DNA from: Microbotryum violaceum
Lineage: Eukaryota
Length of the DNA stretch: 64,000 bases
Reading direction: 5' to 3'
Assembly (NCBI GenBank): GCA_001244265.2
Contig: CDLV01000006.1
Coordinates: forward strand, 2,790,001 to 2,854,000
The notes beneath the pieces are model-generated. The model saw only the letters and a list, made by a program, of their open reading frames with translations. It searched no databases and was not told the DNA's origin. Within the stretch, counting starts at the first letter, position 1. Each line of letters begins with the position of its first letter. Both the position numbers and the translations under genes were made by a program. This document shows, piece after piece, positions 51,125 to 64,000 of the stretch.

Positions 51125-53851
51125 ATGTCTGCTGAACTTTCCCACAAGACTATTGTCGGTCAGTCGCGTATATCATGGAGTATGATGCTTTGGATCACAT
51201 AATCAATATCGTCTTGCTTATCATTAGATGGCTGGTTCCGTGAGATCTCGGACGAGCAATGGCCTGGTACGTCGTGGACACTGCTGTTCAACTATGCTCC
51301 CCGAATGCACAGCGACTAATAATGCGACTGGGTTTCTGATACCTTCTTGCAGGTCAGGTATGTTGCCATGCAGGCTCTCCGCTCATTTAACACGTTCATC
51401 ACTGTTAGTTCCTGGCAATCGATCTGCTCCCGACCGTGCTCATTTGGCTGATACTTTCTTTAATTCATGAATCTACAGAACTTGTTTCATCTTCTCCTTC
51501 AGGCGATGACACTCCGCGTCAAGAAGATCCTGCACGTCGAGCAATCGCTCTACCAGGATGTGCTAGTCTTCGAGTCGACCGACCACGGCAACGTGCTCGT
51601 CCTCGACGGCGCGATTCAATGCGTCGAGCGCGACGAGTTTTCGTACCAAGAGATGATCGCCCACTTGCCCCTCGCCTCGCACCCCAACCCGCAGAACGTC
51701 CTCGTCATCGGAGGTGGTGACGGTGGTGTCTTGCGCGAGGTGCTCAAGCACCCCAGCGTCACCTCGGCGACCCTCTGCGACATCGACGAGGCCGTCCCCC
51801 GTGTGTCGAAAAAGTACTTGCCCCACATGGCCGCCGGCTTCAATGACCCTCGCGTCACCGTCCACATTGGTGATGGCTTCAAGTGGCTCGACACCCACAA
51901 GGGCGAGTTCGACGTCATCATCACCGATTCGTCCGACCCGGTCGGCCCCGCCAACTCGCTCTTCCAGAAGCCTTACTTCCAATTGCTCAGAGAGGCACTT
52001 AAGCCAGGAGGATCGATCTCGACCCAGGGCGAATGCATCTGGCTCCACTTGCCCTTGATCGACGACCTTATGAGTATGACCCGCACCTTGTTCCCTGTCG
52101 CCGAGTTTGCTTACACGAGCATCCCGACCTACCCCTCGGGCACGATCGGCTTCGTCGTCTGCACCCTCGACGAGAACCGCGATTTGCGCACCCCGCTTCG
52201 CGATATTGAGAACACGCGCTACTGGTCCAAGGCCGTACACAAGCAGGCTTTCACCCTCCCGACTTTCGCTCAAAAGGTCGCCGACAAGTCGAAGACGAAG
52301 AAGGCCGTTACTACTGGCTCGTCATCGGCCAAGTTGTCTTCGCCCAAGAAGGTCTTGCTCCTTGGCTCTGGCTTCGTCGCCGCCCCCGCCGCCGAGTACA
52401 TCTTGCGCCGCCCCGAGAATTCGTTGACGATCGCTTGCCGCAACGTCGAGACCGCCAAGGCGCTCGCCAGTGAGCTCTCGCGCGAGGCTCAGGCCATCTC
52501 GGTGGACGTCGCGGACGAGGCTTCGCTCGACGCGGCCGTCAAGGAGCACGACCTGGTCATCTCGTTGATCCCTTACACGTACCACACGGCCGTGATCAAG
52601 TCGGCTATCAAGTTCAAAAAGAACGTCGTCACGACCTCGTACGTCTCGGACGCGATGAAGGCGCTCGAGGCCGAGGCGATCGAGGCTGGCATCGTCGTCA
52701 TGAACGAGATCGGCGTCGATCCCGGAGTCGACCACGTTTGGGCGATCGACATGTTCGACCGCGTCAAGCAAGACGGAGGCAAGATCAAGTCCTTCATCTC
52801 GTACTGCGGTGGTCTGCCCGCGCCTGAATCGGCCGACAACCCGTTGGGCTACAAGTTCTCGTGGTCCTCGCGCGGCGTCCTGCTCGCGTTGCTCAACTCG
52901 GCCCGTCTCTACTCCAAGGGCGAGCTCGTCGAAGTCGATGGCAAGGAGTTGATGAAGCACGCGCAACCTTACTTCATCTCCCCCGCGTTCGCGTTCGTCG
53001 CGTACCCGAACCGTGACTCGACTTCGTTCCGCGAGAAGTACGACATCCCCGATGCCGAGACCGTTATCCGCGGTACGCTACGTTACCAAGGGTTCCCGGC
53101 CTTCATCAAGGCGCTCGTCGACATCAAATTCCTCAACGAGAGCCCCGTGGAGTACCTCGCCAAGGGATCGACTCCCCTTGCTTGGAACGAGGTTACGGCC
53201 AAGGCGCTTGGTACGAGCGACAAGTCCGAGAAGGCCTTGGTCGAGAAGATCAAGTCGTTGACGACTTTCCCCAACCAAGCTGAGGAGGAGCGTATTGTGT
53301 CTGGCTTGAGGTGGATCGGCCTCTTTGGAGAGGAAAAGGTCACGCCCCGCGGCAACTTGTTGGACACGTTGTGCGCAACGCTCGAGGCCAAGATGCAGTA
53401 CCAGAAGGGCGAGCGTGATATGGTCATGTTGCAGCACAAGTTCGAGATTGAGAACAAGGACGGATCGAGGGTGAGTTTCCGATGGTGGGACACTGTACTG
53501 AAAGATGTGCTTGGCTGACTATTTCTCGTCGCTGCATCTAATCTTGGTAGGAAACCCGCACGTCGACTTTGCTCGATTTCGGTGCGCCCGTCGGCTCGGG
53601 CGGTTACTCGTCCATGGCCAAGTTGGTTGGTGTGCCCTGCGGTGTCGCGACGCAGCTCGTGCTCGACGGCGTCATCAACAAGCCCGGAATTCTCGCACCT
53701 TGTAAGTCACACTCGCCATGCAAAGACATGAAATGCGAAACTGATCTTTGTTGGAGTTTTCGTGTGGATTGCAGATACTCGGGATATCGTTGACCCTCTT
53801 TTGGTCGAGTTGCGCAAGGAGGGCATCGATATGGTTGAGAAGACGCTTTGA
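51125..53851 (+). CDS. SPE3-LYS9: Chimeric spermidine synthase-saccharopine dehydrogenase (saccharopine reductase)
   Basis: [41 protein letters not shown], then [47 protein letters not shown] in one frame. Confidence 0.96.
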
Positions 53852-54131
53852 ACGGAAAACCTAGTCGAATGAAGGATTTGGACCTTGATGTTCTTTAAGA
53901 TTGGTGCAATGTGATTCGTAACCTTGCGATCAAAGTCACGACGCATGATGATGGGACGTGGCTGATGTGATCTGACACGTAGCTCAGCCAATTGACTTGC
54001 CTTGCTCGAGTTCAGCGTGCCTTGCCTTGCCGCGCTTGCTGGCTGTCCTCTCCCGCCTCGGCTCGCGCGCGTTCTCGTCTCGGGCTGTCTCGGCTACAGT
54101 CAGTCGCCTGCCACTCGCCCGCCCGTCTCGC

Positions 54132-56198
54132 CAGGACCGCCGAAAGCCCAGCCGGAGGCGCATTTTTTTTTTGACATTTTGAGGACCCAAAATCCTGGAA
54201 ATCGTCGAGGCGCATTGCAAAAAATTGACATTTTGGGACGAAACACACGTTTCGCCCCCGAGGCGCATGTCCAGTTTTTGACATTTTCCCGTGAGTCGGC
54301 CCAATTTTGGCCTACCCTGAGCAACCTTCGGCATGAGTTTGGGCCCGTTCGCCTTCGCTTCGAGACGCGTTTAGCGATGCTCGCGCCTGAACAAGTCACT
54401 TAGTACTAGCCATCTTCGGTAATCACTTGAGTTAAGTGGCTGTGAGGGATTAGGCCGATTCGATATTGAAGGGGCGCAGGTTCCGTTCCGCGTCACTTCG
54501 GTCCGAGATTGGAGCATAGCACGACAACATCATCCCATGCAGGCCTTGAACGATGCCTTCGATTGATCATTGCCACTCACCAACATGAACATGACGATCG
54601 CCGAGCTCCTCACCTTTGATGTCGCTCCCGCCGACGCGTCTCTTCACATCGAGTTGTCCAAAGACGAGCTCACCCACTACTCGACCTTATCATCTACTCG
54701 AGGCCGTTGAGAAGGCAAACAGCTTCTCACGACCAATCGTGCGTCTACCAAGCTCAACTATCGAAATTTTGGTCTAAGCTCACGCGTGTTCAGTTCTACA
54801 CAGCCCACAAACTTGAAACTTCCGCCTCAAGTTGTCGATGCTCGCGATACCAATTTCTCGCTGAACTGACCAACCTGATTGCCCATCAAGCTGCTCATAA
54901 GTGTAGCCACCTCAAGCTGTTCTACTCAAGGGAGGCCGATGGAATCGAGCGACCCAACTCGCGGAGAGGCAGGCGTAGGGGTTAGCAATACAGAGGAAGG
55001 ACGCAGTGCAGCACATTCATGCGTTACAAAAGGGTTGGTACAGTCCATGGGACCATCTCGCTGCGAAGACATGGCGGGCACGACAAGGAGCTTTCGCTGG
55101 ACTAGAGGTGACCAGATGGACCGAGCGCTCACAACACACGAGGATCCAGATGAATGTCTATACTGAGGATGGCCGCATTCAAGTGAGTTGTCGCTGAATT
55201 TAGGAGCGAAGGCAACTGGATCTAATGTTTGGAGAAACAAGCAGACGGAGCACTAGCACAACGCTATTCTCATTTTGGATCGCTTGACGGCGGAGCTGTA
55301 ACCACTACCACAACATCGGAGATCGGATCTCTGGTCTGCTTTGGCCTCAAGCGTGGCATGCATTCAATCAGCTGCGATCAAACTGCCTATGGAGAAGAAG
55401 TGCTGTTCATTGGAATTGGTACGATGCCTTGAATGGCAGTTGAGCTGTGAAGTTCTCGTTTGACACAAGTCTTGTGTCCTACAGTGCAATACATCTACAG
55501 CAAAGTGACAACAAACCACTGCAACCAAGACACGCTCGCCTCGTTGGTTTTACTCTCAAATGTCGTCGTACAGGAGCTTCGCCTCATCAAGAAAACATGC
55601 TATTCCACACACCTCATTGATGGCACTATGCCGTTCCGCATGATTGATAGTCGACAGGTCATCGAGTCATTAGGCCCGTCAACGACTACATATCGTTCAA
55701 CCACGGACCCCACCTCATGTTACCCCGACGAGCGCCTAATCAGCACGAGCGCACATGCCGAGCAAAGATTTGCCACACTTCGGAGCGTGCCCGGCCTGCG
55801 AGATGCCGCCGGTAGAATCTCTACAAGCCGCACAAATGCCTCCGCGGATACAAGGAGCTCAAGTTCAGCCAAACGGAGGTCTGACAACGAAGTAGCGAGC
55901 CCATTAGCAAAGCAAGGAAGGCTTGTTTGATGCCTGGAGCCACGCGCGACACCAGCCGAAGCGACGCGCGCCGCGAGCCACTTTCGATAGGCCGCCGCGC
56001 GCCCGCAAACGCTCCGAACGCGTTTTCGAGGACTTTTGAGCGATTTTTGGAGCATGTAGAACACATTTTGATAATATTTCCGAGGCGCATGCGAAATCTT
56101 GACATCTTGGGGCCAAAATAGGGTAAAAAACTTTGACAAAAAAGCCAAAAAAGGGCGTTTTTCCGCATGCGCCTCTGGCTGGGCTTTCGGGGGTCCTG
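54132..56198 (+). mobile_element. Non-autonomous deletion derivative (~2.07 kb) of the 7248-12314 transposon; 6-bp TSD TCTCGC
   Basis: 32-bp TIR CAGGACC(G/C)CCGAAAGCCCAGCC(G/A)GAGGCGCAT with TCTCGC on both sides. It is colinear with copy 1 except for loss of ~8790-11730 (junction ~54697). Confidence 0.92.
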
Positions 56199-56383
56199 TC
56201 TCGCCTGTCTCTGCCAGTGCCTGCCTGTGCGACCGTCGAGGCGCGCTCAAGTCCCTGGCTGCTAAGCGCTAAGCGCTCTTCCACCTGCCCTCCACCTCAT
56301 TTTCCCACCTCATCACCCTCACCACCACCGCCTCTCGCTCCTCCTCCCAGCTCACCTCTCGAGGCCATCCATCCCAGAAGACG

Positions 56384-59300
56384 ATGGCTCGATACGGCGC
56401 GGTCAAGGTCGACCGAGCGCCGCCAGCTCCACCAGCTCCCGCGGCCGTCTTGGCCCTACGAAAGGACGTGCGTATGGCCGCAATCTCCCAGTTCATCAGC
56501 CTGTTCAAGAAGCACGTCAATTTGCAGTTTGAGATCGAGGTGAGTGTCTCTTCTCTCTGGTCGTTGGTCTTGTAGGGACTGGGTTGGGTGTTGGGTCGCC
56601 TGGGTTGGAGGCGGCGAGGCGGCGTCGACTAGTCTGTTTGGCTGCTGGAGGCATCGCAGGTTGTGGTCTTGATGGTCATTTCAATGAGCTCTTTTGGAAT
56701 CTTGGATAATGACTCGATGCCTGATGTACAGGACCTCGAATACGACCTCGCGGGTGAGCGGCCGAACTCGGTCGTGCCTACGCTCCTGGGCAAGTTATGC
56801 AACACCTTGGCCAACGACCGCAACACCAAGTCAGTCCTCCTCAACACTCTTTCGCGTTGCTGCTGCTCATTTTCCGCGCTGTGACGGCGCTGCTGCGCTT
56901 AGTCTGGATCGCCGTGGCTGACTTGACCCACCCTCCTCGTGCACGCTCCTTTCCCCCCCCGCCCTCCACCCAATCTCCCCCTCCCTCCTCGTACTTCTCA
57001 GCTCCACCAACTGGCTTCCTGCACTCCGACGAGCCTATTCGAGACGGGTCACCAACCGAGAGGACAACCCATTCTACCGCTACGAACAAGGCCCCGTCGA
57101 GCCCATCGCTTCAGACCCCGCCGTCGACCAGGCTACGTCTTCCGCCGACCCATCTGTCGCTGCAGCTGAGGGCACCTCTCAGACCGAATCCATGCAAGTC
57201 GATTCTCTAGAAACCATCGCGTCAGATCTTGCGCCCGACACTAGCATCGCCGATACCCCCGCTGCCACTGCCGACGCCAACTCCGATCAGGTTGCGAAGG
57301 ACCCGGTCAGCACCGAGCCTGCGACCGATGTCACCAACTCGGCAGCGTCTGCACCCCAATCCATCGTTGTCGATCAAGTCAAACGTTTAAATACCGAAAT
57401 GATCACTGCTGCTCCCGTTGCTTCGACTTCGGCCCTCCCCGCTGCGACCGATCCTGACGATGACCCGATCCCACTGGGAGCGACTGAGCGACGGGTCGAA
57501 GTCGACTGGGAAGAGGTCGATGTCGAAACTAAAATCCAAGCGATTTACAACGTCTGCGAATGGCATATGTACGAACCGGAACGCTTCCGGAGGTCGCTCA
57601 AGGCCTCCGTTGACGACGACGACACCTCGTGGCGCATTGAACCTATAGGAAAGGACGCCAAGGGGAACAAGTATTACCTTCTTGACCCGTGGAGGATATG
57701 GATTCACCGTGCGGCACCCAAGAAGCGTAAACAAAAGGGTGTGATCCTCGTCGAGGAATCCGACGACGACGAAGACCTGCCCGCTTTCAAGGGTAAGGGT
57801 AAACTCAAGGCTAAGGACGTTGGTGTCAGTAATGGAACTCCCTCGTCGTCGTTGGCGTGGGCGAGTAACGGGCGCAAACATTCGAGATCCGTGTCGGCGA
57901 CCGAACTTGCGTCGGACGAGACGCCGAGCAAGCGCTCGCGACGGAATCGGACCGAGGAAGTGTGGGAGGAAATCCCTAAGGAATTGCTGCAGGAGTGGGG
58001 AGTCGACGGCAAGGAACTGCTCAAGGACGATCGGACCAAACGCGAAGGATCGTCGGTCAGTTCGGCATTGACGAGTTTGGACGACGACGAGGATGCGACG
58101 AGCAAGGCCGTCAAGACCGAGTCGAAGCCGAATGGTGAGGCCGGGACCGAGACCAAGCCCCCGGTACCGGTTGGCGAGACGAAGTGGGAAGATGATTTTT
58201 GGGTCGAGCGGGATCAGATAGACGCGTTGGAAGGCTTTGTCGAATGGGAAGCGGTGAGTGCCGGTCCTCACGAGTCTCACCGCACCCCTCTTCGACTGGT
58301 CTCTAATCGCGATCGAAGCGACTCGGTACAGACGTGCCTCACGCTCGACGATTGGACCGCCTTTGCGGAAAAGTTCGCAAAGTCCCATAATACCCACGAG
58401 GTGGCGCTACATGAACATATCAATTCGGTCTTGCTTCCCCGAGCGAGGGCGGCGCTGATTGCGATCGAGAAGGCGAGGCAGCAAGAGTACTTTTCGATGG
58501 TGCGCAAGAGATCGACGCGAATCGCATCGAAAGAGTCCGAAGAGGAGGAACGGCAACGATTTGCGGCGATCAAAGAGGCCGACGAAGCTAAAGCTTCGCG
58601 AGCGTCGAGACACAAGGCTCCGGTCACGGAGGATCAGGATGACATCGAGTCTGCTTACGTGTCGGCTGTTCAACCGCCGCAGGAAACTCGCGAGGAACGA
58701 CTCAAGAAGCGAGAGGAGGAGAAGCAGGCCAAGGAGCTGGCGCTTGAGCAGGCGCAGATCGAAGCCGTCGCACAGGCGCAGCGAGCGGCCGAAGCCGAGC
58801 CGACTAATGGAGCGACCGCAGCCGTCGTCGAAAACTTTACGCCCGCACCCGAGGTCACGAATGACGCTGCGACTGCCGAACAGATCGAGAAGGAGCGGAA
58901 TGCAGGCGTCGAGGCCGAACGCATGGCCGCCGTGGAGTCTGCAGTTGCGGAGTCTGCAGCCGCCGAACAAGCCGCAAAGGACGCCGCCGCCAAAGCCGCC
59001 AGACAAGCTGAAGCGGCCAAGAGGAAAAGGGAGAAGAAGGCCGCCAAGGAGAAGCAGCACGCTGCTGCAGCCGCCGAACAAGCGGCGGCGGCGGCGTTGC
59101 TCTTCTCTGCTGCTCAGCCGGTCTATTCTGTCGTAGCGCCGGCGGCGGCGGCTCCCTCACTCGAGGCGCAGGACCCGTGGTACTTTGACTGCGAAATTTG
59201 TAAAGTTGCCGGATGGAACTATGTGAGTGCAAACTGAGCAGTGTATGGATACTGGTAGATGCTGACTCGCGCGTGATATGCGAACAGGACGACGGACACA

Positions 59301-60094
59301 CGGTCATGTGTTGCGAGCAATGCGACGAATGGCAACACGTCGCGTGCCACGTGCAACGCGACCTGTTGATGAGCAAACCCGCTCAACAGTACGAGGACGA
59401 GCGGTTCGCTTTCTACTGCTCAAAGTGCCGGGCCGATCCTCGACGGAAACCTCGCAAGGTTCCCGCCAAGTCGACCCTCGCGAAGGCTGCCGCTCCGGTC
59501 CAGGCGGTCGTCGCTTCTGCTTCGCCGCAGCAATCACCTCCATTGGTTCCGACACCCAAGACGACGAATGCGAAGTCGACGACGCCAAAAGTCGCAACGA
59601 CGAAGCAACAGCACAAAACGCCTGCTACTCCCGCTGCTCGTCCGAACGCAAAGAGTCCGCCGCAGGCCAAGGCGAATGGGCATGCCCCCTCTCCGGCGTC
59701 GGCCCCTCGACCCGCGCCGGCTCCGAAAGCAGCGGCGCCACCCTCGAAAGCCGCCTCGCAGACCCCGAAAGCTTCATCGCAACCTCCAAAGTCGTCGTCG
59801 CAACCTCCCAAGCCCGTCGTCGCTTCGGCTTCTCCTGCGGCAGCGGTGGCCTCACCGACGGTCGCAGCATCGCAGCCTGTCGCCGCTCAGCCCGCGGCGT
59901 CGCTTCCCGCTGCTGGCCAACCTTCGCTGTCGTACCCAGCGCTCAAGGCTCTGATTGAATCGAACCCGGTCCTGATCAACCAGCTTCCCCCCCAGTACCA
60001 GTCGCATTTCAGCCAGCTGCTCGGAATCCCTGTGCCTTACCCGGTCGCTGGCGCCGCGTCGTCGCCCAAAGCGTCGACTTCGGGTTCTGGATAA
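56384..60094 (+). CDS. Chromatin-remodelling accessory protein (DDT/WHIM-type N-terminus, C-terminal PHD finger; RSF1/Ioc3-like)
   Basis: AAISQFISLF, KIQAIYNVCEW, WRIEPIGKDAKGNKYY, WEAV/CLTLDDW, RKRSTRI, and PHD WYFDCEIC...MCCEQCDEWQHVAC...FYCSKC. Confidence 0.72.
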
Positions 60095-60432
60095 AATTAG
60101 CTCGGCTGTCGCGTCCACTGAGGAAGGTTTCCGTCCCTCGTTTTCCACTTTTGAGGGCTGTAAGGTTGTTTGGGCTTTGTGCTTTTTCTTTGTCAATGTT
60201 TCAGTTCTCCTCTTTTGATGCAATGCAATGCAATGTATGCGATGACCGACATCAGCGAGATCGCCTCGCCCCCGTCTGTGTCAGCTGAAACAGCGACCAA
60301 CGTGCTTCGAAGTGCGCGCGCTGTCTCTTCAGCTTTGTCTGTCACCTGTGCCGCTGTGCTGCCGTCCCAGCCTCATTCAGCCCTGTGTGGCTTCGTCTCG
60401 AGCTAGGATCGCTGTAGGACTGCCTATCCAGG

Positions 60433-62532
60433 ATGGCCAACATCGACGCCGGCCCCATCGTCGTAGGCTCTCCGTCGTCGATCCACTTTGGCGCGCAGTA
60501 TCCTCTCCCCTTTCGTGTGCTTTTCCTCACCTGCAGCACCGTCTTTGGCTTTGCGACCAACCTCCATCTGCTTGCCTTCCTTGGCATCGATACGGCGCTC
60601 GTTCTGGATGTCAGACTGGACGATTACACCCGCGTCAACACGTCACATCCTCCAAGAGCCGTCAACGCGCCGTTCGCGCATCCGTCCAAGCTCTACCCTC
60701 CGATATATGGACTCGCAGCTGCAGGGATGCTGTGGACGTTGCTGGGGTGGAGCGTGTTCATAAAGCTGTCGGGCGGTGTCGTAGATCAGATGGTCAAGTG
60801 GAGGGCCGTGCCGGCGATCACGGCCGTCGTCGTCGCCATCGTGACCGTTTGCCCTCGGAACGTGTTGTACAGGAAAGAGAGGTTCATGTTTCTTAGGTTA
60901 GTCGATTGCGGTTTAGTATGGCTTATGCCCTGCTTGAGTGATTTCGCGCCCCAGAGTTTTTTCGACGCTTGGACGATCCCGGAGTGAAGTCTACTTCCGA
61001 GAACTCGTTTGTTGACAGACTTTTCTTTCAAATACTGCTCAGATCCCTACGGAGAACCGTTTTATCTCCCATCCGCTCGGCCGTACCCTTTTGCGACGTC
61101 ATCTTGGCCGATATCCTCACCTCGTCGGCCAAAGTGCTCGGCGATGTCTGGGTTTCGGGGTGTCTGCTCTTCACCCCCGCGACGTCGTTCGATATGGATG
61201 GGGTCGCTGAGGATGCGTGTGCGAGGGTGTTTATGGTCCCAATAATGACAAGGTGTGCACAAGAGGCTGTGTCAGTTAATCGTGGTGGAGTATGAAGTGA
61301 AAGATCTTTCTTTCTCGCAGTCTGCCGTATCTGTTCCGCTTCCGACAGTGCATCTCCGAGATCGCATCCGGCTCGACACCGACACCTCGCAAGTCGATGC
61401 TCAACGCATTGAAATACGCGAGTGTATTCCCCGTCATCTTCCTGTCGGCGATGCAGGCTCATTATGGCGATCCGTATGAGGAGGCTGATCGGCAGAAGGA
61501 TGCGTGGATTGGGAGAACGACGCTGTTCAATCTGTGGTGAGTGGAGGAGATGGTCCGGCGGAGGAGCCGTGTGCTGATGTTTGATGGTGTTTTGCTTACC
61601 CGTACAGGATTTTGGCTGTCGCTGTCAACTCGCTTTACTCGTTTTGGTGGGACGTGACCAACGATTGGGGGCTTTCCTTGCTCACGCGACAGGGCTGGTC
61701 TGCTTCACCGACGGCATCCTACTCGTTCCTTCCATCACCAGCACTATCGAGAATGCCTCAAACGACGACCTCGAGATCCGCTGCTGCGATAGCTCATGCC
61801 GCACATGCTCGAACACAGTCGGTACATACATCTCTGCACGTACCAGGATCCGCACCTCCTGCACACTCGACGCTCGTCAAAGCGATCACGCTCGACGCAC
61901 AGTACCCCCCTCCACCTTCACGGCCCCTCTCACCGACGACCGATGCGTCGACACCATCCCGTTCCGCGCACCGCACACCTCACCACCACCATTCCAGGGC
62001 GTATTCGACCGCGGCTACACCGAATGTTACCTTCCCCTTCCTGCGACCTGTGCTACTCCTCCCCGATCCTTCAATCTACTACCTCGCGATCCTGATCGAC
62101 CTCGTTCTTCGATTCACGTGGTCGCTCAAGATGTCGTCTCATTTGCACTCGATTCACGAGATCGAATCGGGCATCTTTCTGATGGAAGCGTTGGAGGTCT
62201 TCCGAAGGTGGATGTGGGTCTATTTAAGGATGGAATGGGAGGCCGTGAGGAAGGGTGGTGGAGGGTTAGGGACGAATCCTTCTTCTGCGATGGATAAGGA
62301 AGATGGGGAATCGTCGACGTTTCGACCGAGGTTGGGCGCGAATGGGTTGAACTCGACGGGGTCGAGCGAGGAGGAGATCGAATTGGTCCGGAGGGCTCAG
62401 AGGAGGGACGAGGGCGGGTATAGAGATGAGTCCCTTCCTTTGGAGGAGGAGTTAATTGGGATGGTATCGAGCGAGGAGGTTGACGAGACTGGGTTGGGAA
62501 TTGTTGTTCCGAATCCGGGGTTGACCAAATGA
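60433..62532 (+). CDS. ERD1: EXS-domain membrane protein, Erd1-like (no SPX domain), multi-exon
   Basis: PLPFRVL, FCDVILADILTSSAKV, RFRQC, NALKYASVFPV, NSLYSFWWDVTNDWGL, DLVLRFTWSLK, LEVFRRWMWVYLRMEWE. Confidence 0.85.
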
Positions 62533-63546
62533 GCGTTTGTGCGACGATGGTTGAGGGGGCGGCGAAAGGGGAGGCTCTTCACAGATGGGGTCTGTGGGCT
62601 TTCTTCTCTTGCGAAAACCTTTTTTATTCCCTTTCGCTATAGAATGCTATGATTATGATATCACGATCGTGTTGTGGAATATCTCACGAAATGCAGCGAC
62701 TGACGCGGGTCAGTCGGCGATGGCGAGCCATGCCCATGCACGTGACTTGAGGCGATCTGGACCACTTCGTGCGTTTCCGACGAAGTAGGCTTGGTTTCTC
62801 GTTATGAAGGCGAACTCGGCAGATAGCGACACGTCGGCGATTACTCCTTGGGGATCCAGGCCGCGATAGGGTATTGTACGCTCCAAGGTGGGAACCACTC
62901 GACCTGTAACGAACCGAGGGTAGTCGATATTCTACTTCAGTCTGGTGTTATGAGGTGGCGCGCAAGCTGCAGCGCCGCGGAGGTGACGGTGAGCGAGTTG
63001 AGCGGCCTAGTCGACTGCCTGCGATACTTCGCCAATCGTTCCACCGTCGAGTAGCCGAGTCACCAAACAAGTAGGTGTCAATTTCATGTGTCAATTTTAT
63101 GTGCCCCAGCATAAAGCTATGTGCGCCGTAGCTCAGCCATCGGCACGAGACTCGAGTCTCCGAGTCGACACGCTCCAGACTCCAGCCTCCTCTGTTCATG
63201 GGCGACCGGCGCCCGGACCGAAGGCTTTCCGGTGTCTCGGAAGAAGAGACCCACGCGAAAAGTTGAGCGCTAACGGTGTGCTTCACAGTTTCAAAACCGG
63301 TTTATTTCTATCTCGAACCGAAAGAGCGTGATGCAAGCCCAAAGAACCACAAGGAGGTCCATCTCGGTGACCGTGCCGACGACTCCGCGCTGGCGCGGGC
63401 TGTCCGCGTTGCGGCGACGGAGTTCAGTCGTCGCCGCCTTCGCCGGACCACAATCGCATGCACTGCACAACCTCGAGAAACATATCGGACGTTTAAATCT
63501 GCCAAGAACGACGAAAAGATGATCACTCGAAAGGGATCGAGCGTTA

Positions 63547-64000
63547 TGTTAGAAGCGGGGTCTGAGAGCCTAACTCTTTTCTATTAGCCTTGTTAATTCT
63601 TTATTCTGCGTGCGCGCCTATCTCTGTCTTTGCGTTTTTTTTCTTTTCTGGTCTTCTTCTCCACGCTATTCTCATCATCTCACTCGTGTATCTCGGAGCT
63701 GAGTCGTGGAGTACCTCTTGGTCCTTATCTGTAAAAGGTTATGAGCTCAGCGAGCGAATCCGATTCCCACAATGGGGCGGGCAATCGCTTGTACCTCAAG
63801 GACACCAAAGGGTACAAGAGTTGGGCGTCAAAGGCGTATCTCAATTTACGAGGCGACGCACTATGGGACGTTGTTATCCGCTCGGTAGACTCCCTCGTCG
63901 CGGACTATCGGTCCACCCTCGTTTCCGCCAATGCAACTGCGTCCGTCGCGCCTGTTGAACCAACCTCCCCAGCCTTAGCGGGCTCCGGAGGGAGATCTGG
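63547..64000 (+). mobile_element. 5' end of a second Ty1/copia element (LTR, PBS, gag start at 63741), truncated by window edge
   Basis: PBS GGTTATGAGC (63737) overlaps the ATG. The ORF MSSASES...LKDTKGYKSWASKAYLNLRGDALWDVV fits the copia gag N-terminal pattern. The LTR left boundary is uncertain. Confidence 0.7.

Noticed and set aside
51563-52966. Minus-strand ORFs opposite SPE3-LYS9
   Set aside because: Same antisense codon-bias artefact.

Overview
Intron-rich fungal DNA, most likely a basidiomycete yeast. The SPE3-LYS9 fusion is a Basidiomycota hallmark; Pucciniomycotina is a guess from gene style. Recognisable genes are the YAF9 3' end, mitochondrial rpS8, FAR11/STRIP, LSM12, aspartyl aminopeptidase, EMC10, haspin, aconitase, the spermidine synthase-saccharopine dehydrogenase fusion, a WHIM/PHD chromatin protein and ERD1, interleaved with TE-rich blocks. 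Most notable: (1) a DNA transposon family in two copies with CAGGACC TIRs and exact 6-bp TSDs, encoding a Ulp1-type protease plus a P-element-like transposase and inserted just upstream of genes; (2) a 5'-truncated copia element whose 3' LTR is joined to what looks like a reverse-transcribed copy of its tRNA-Met half primer (tRNA nt ~10-40); (3) a candidate fungal homologue of the Pol II subunit Gdown1/POLR2M; (4) tandem paralogues with two HTH motifs each; (5) repeated strand-symmetric C-rich to G-rich skew switches inside exons. Family calls come from motif recognition by eye; no searches were run, and the ends of spliced genes are approximate.
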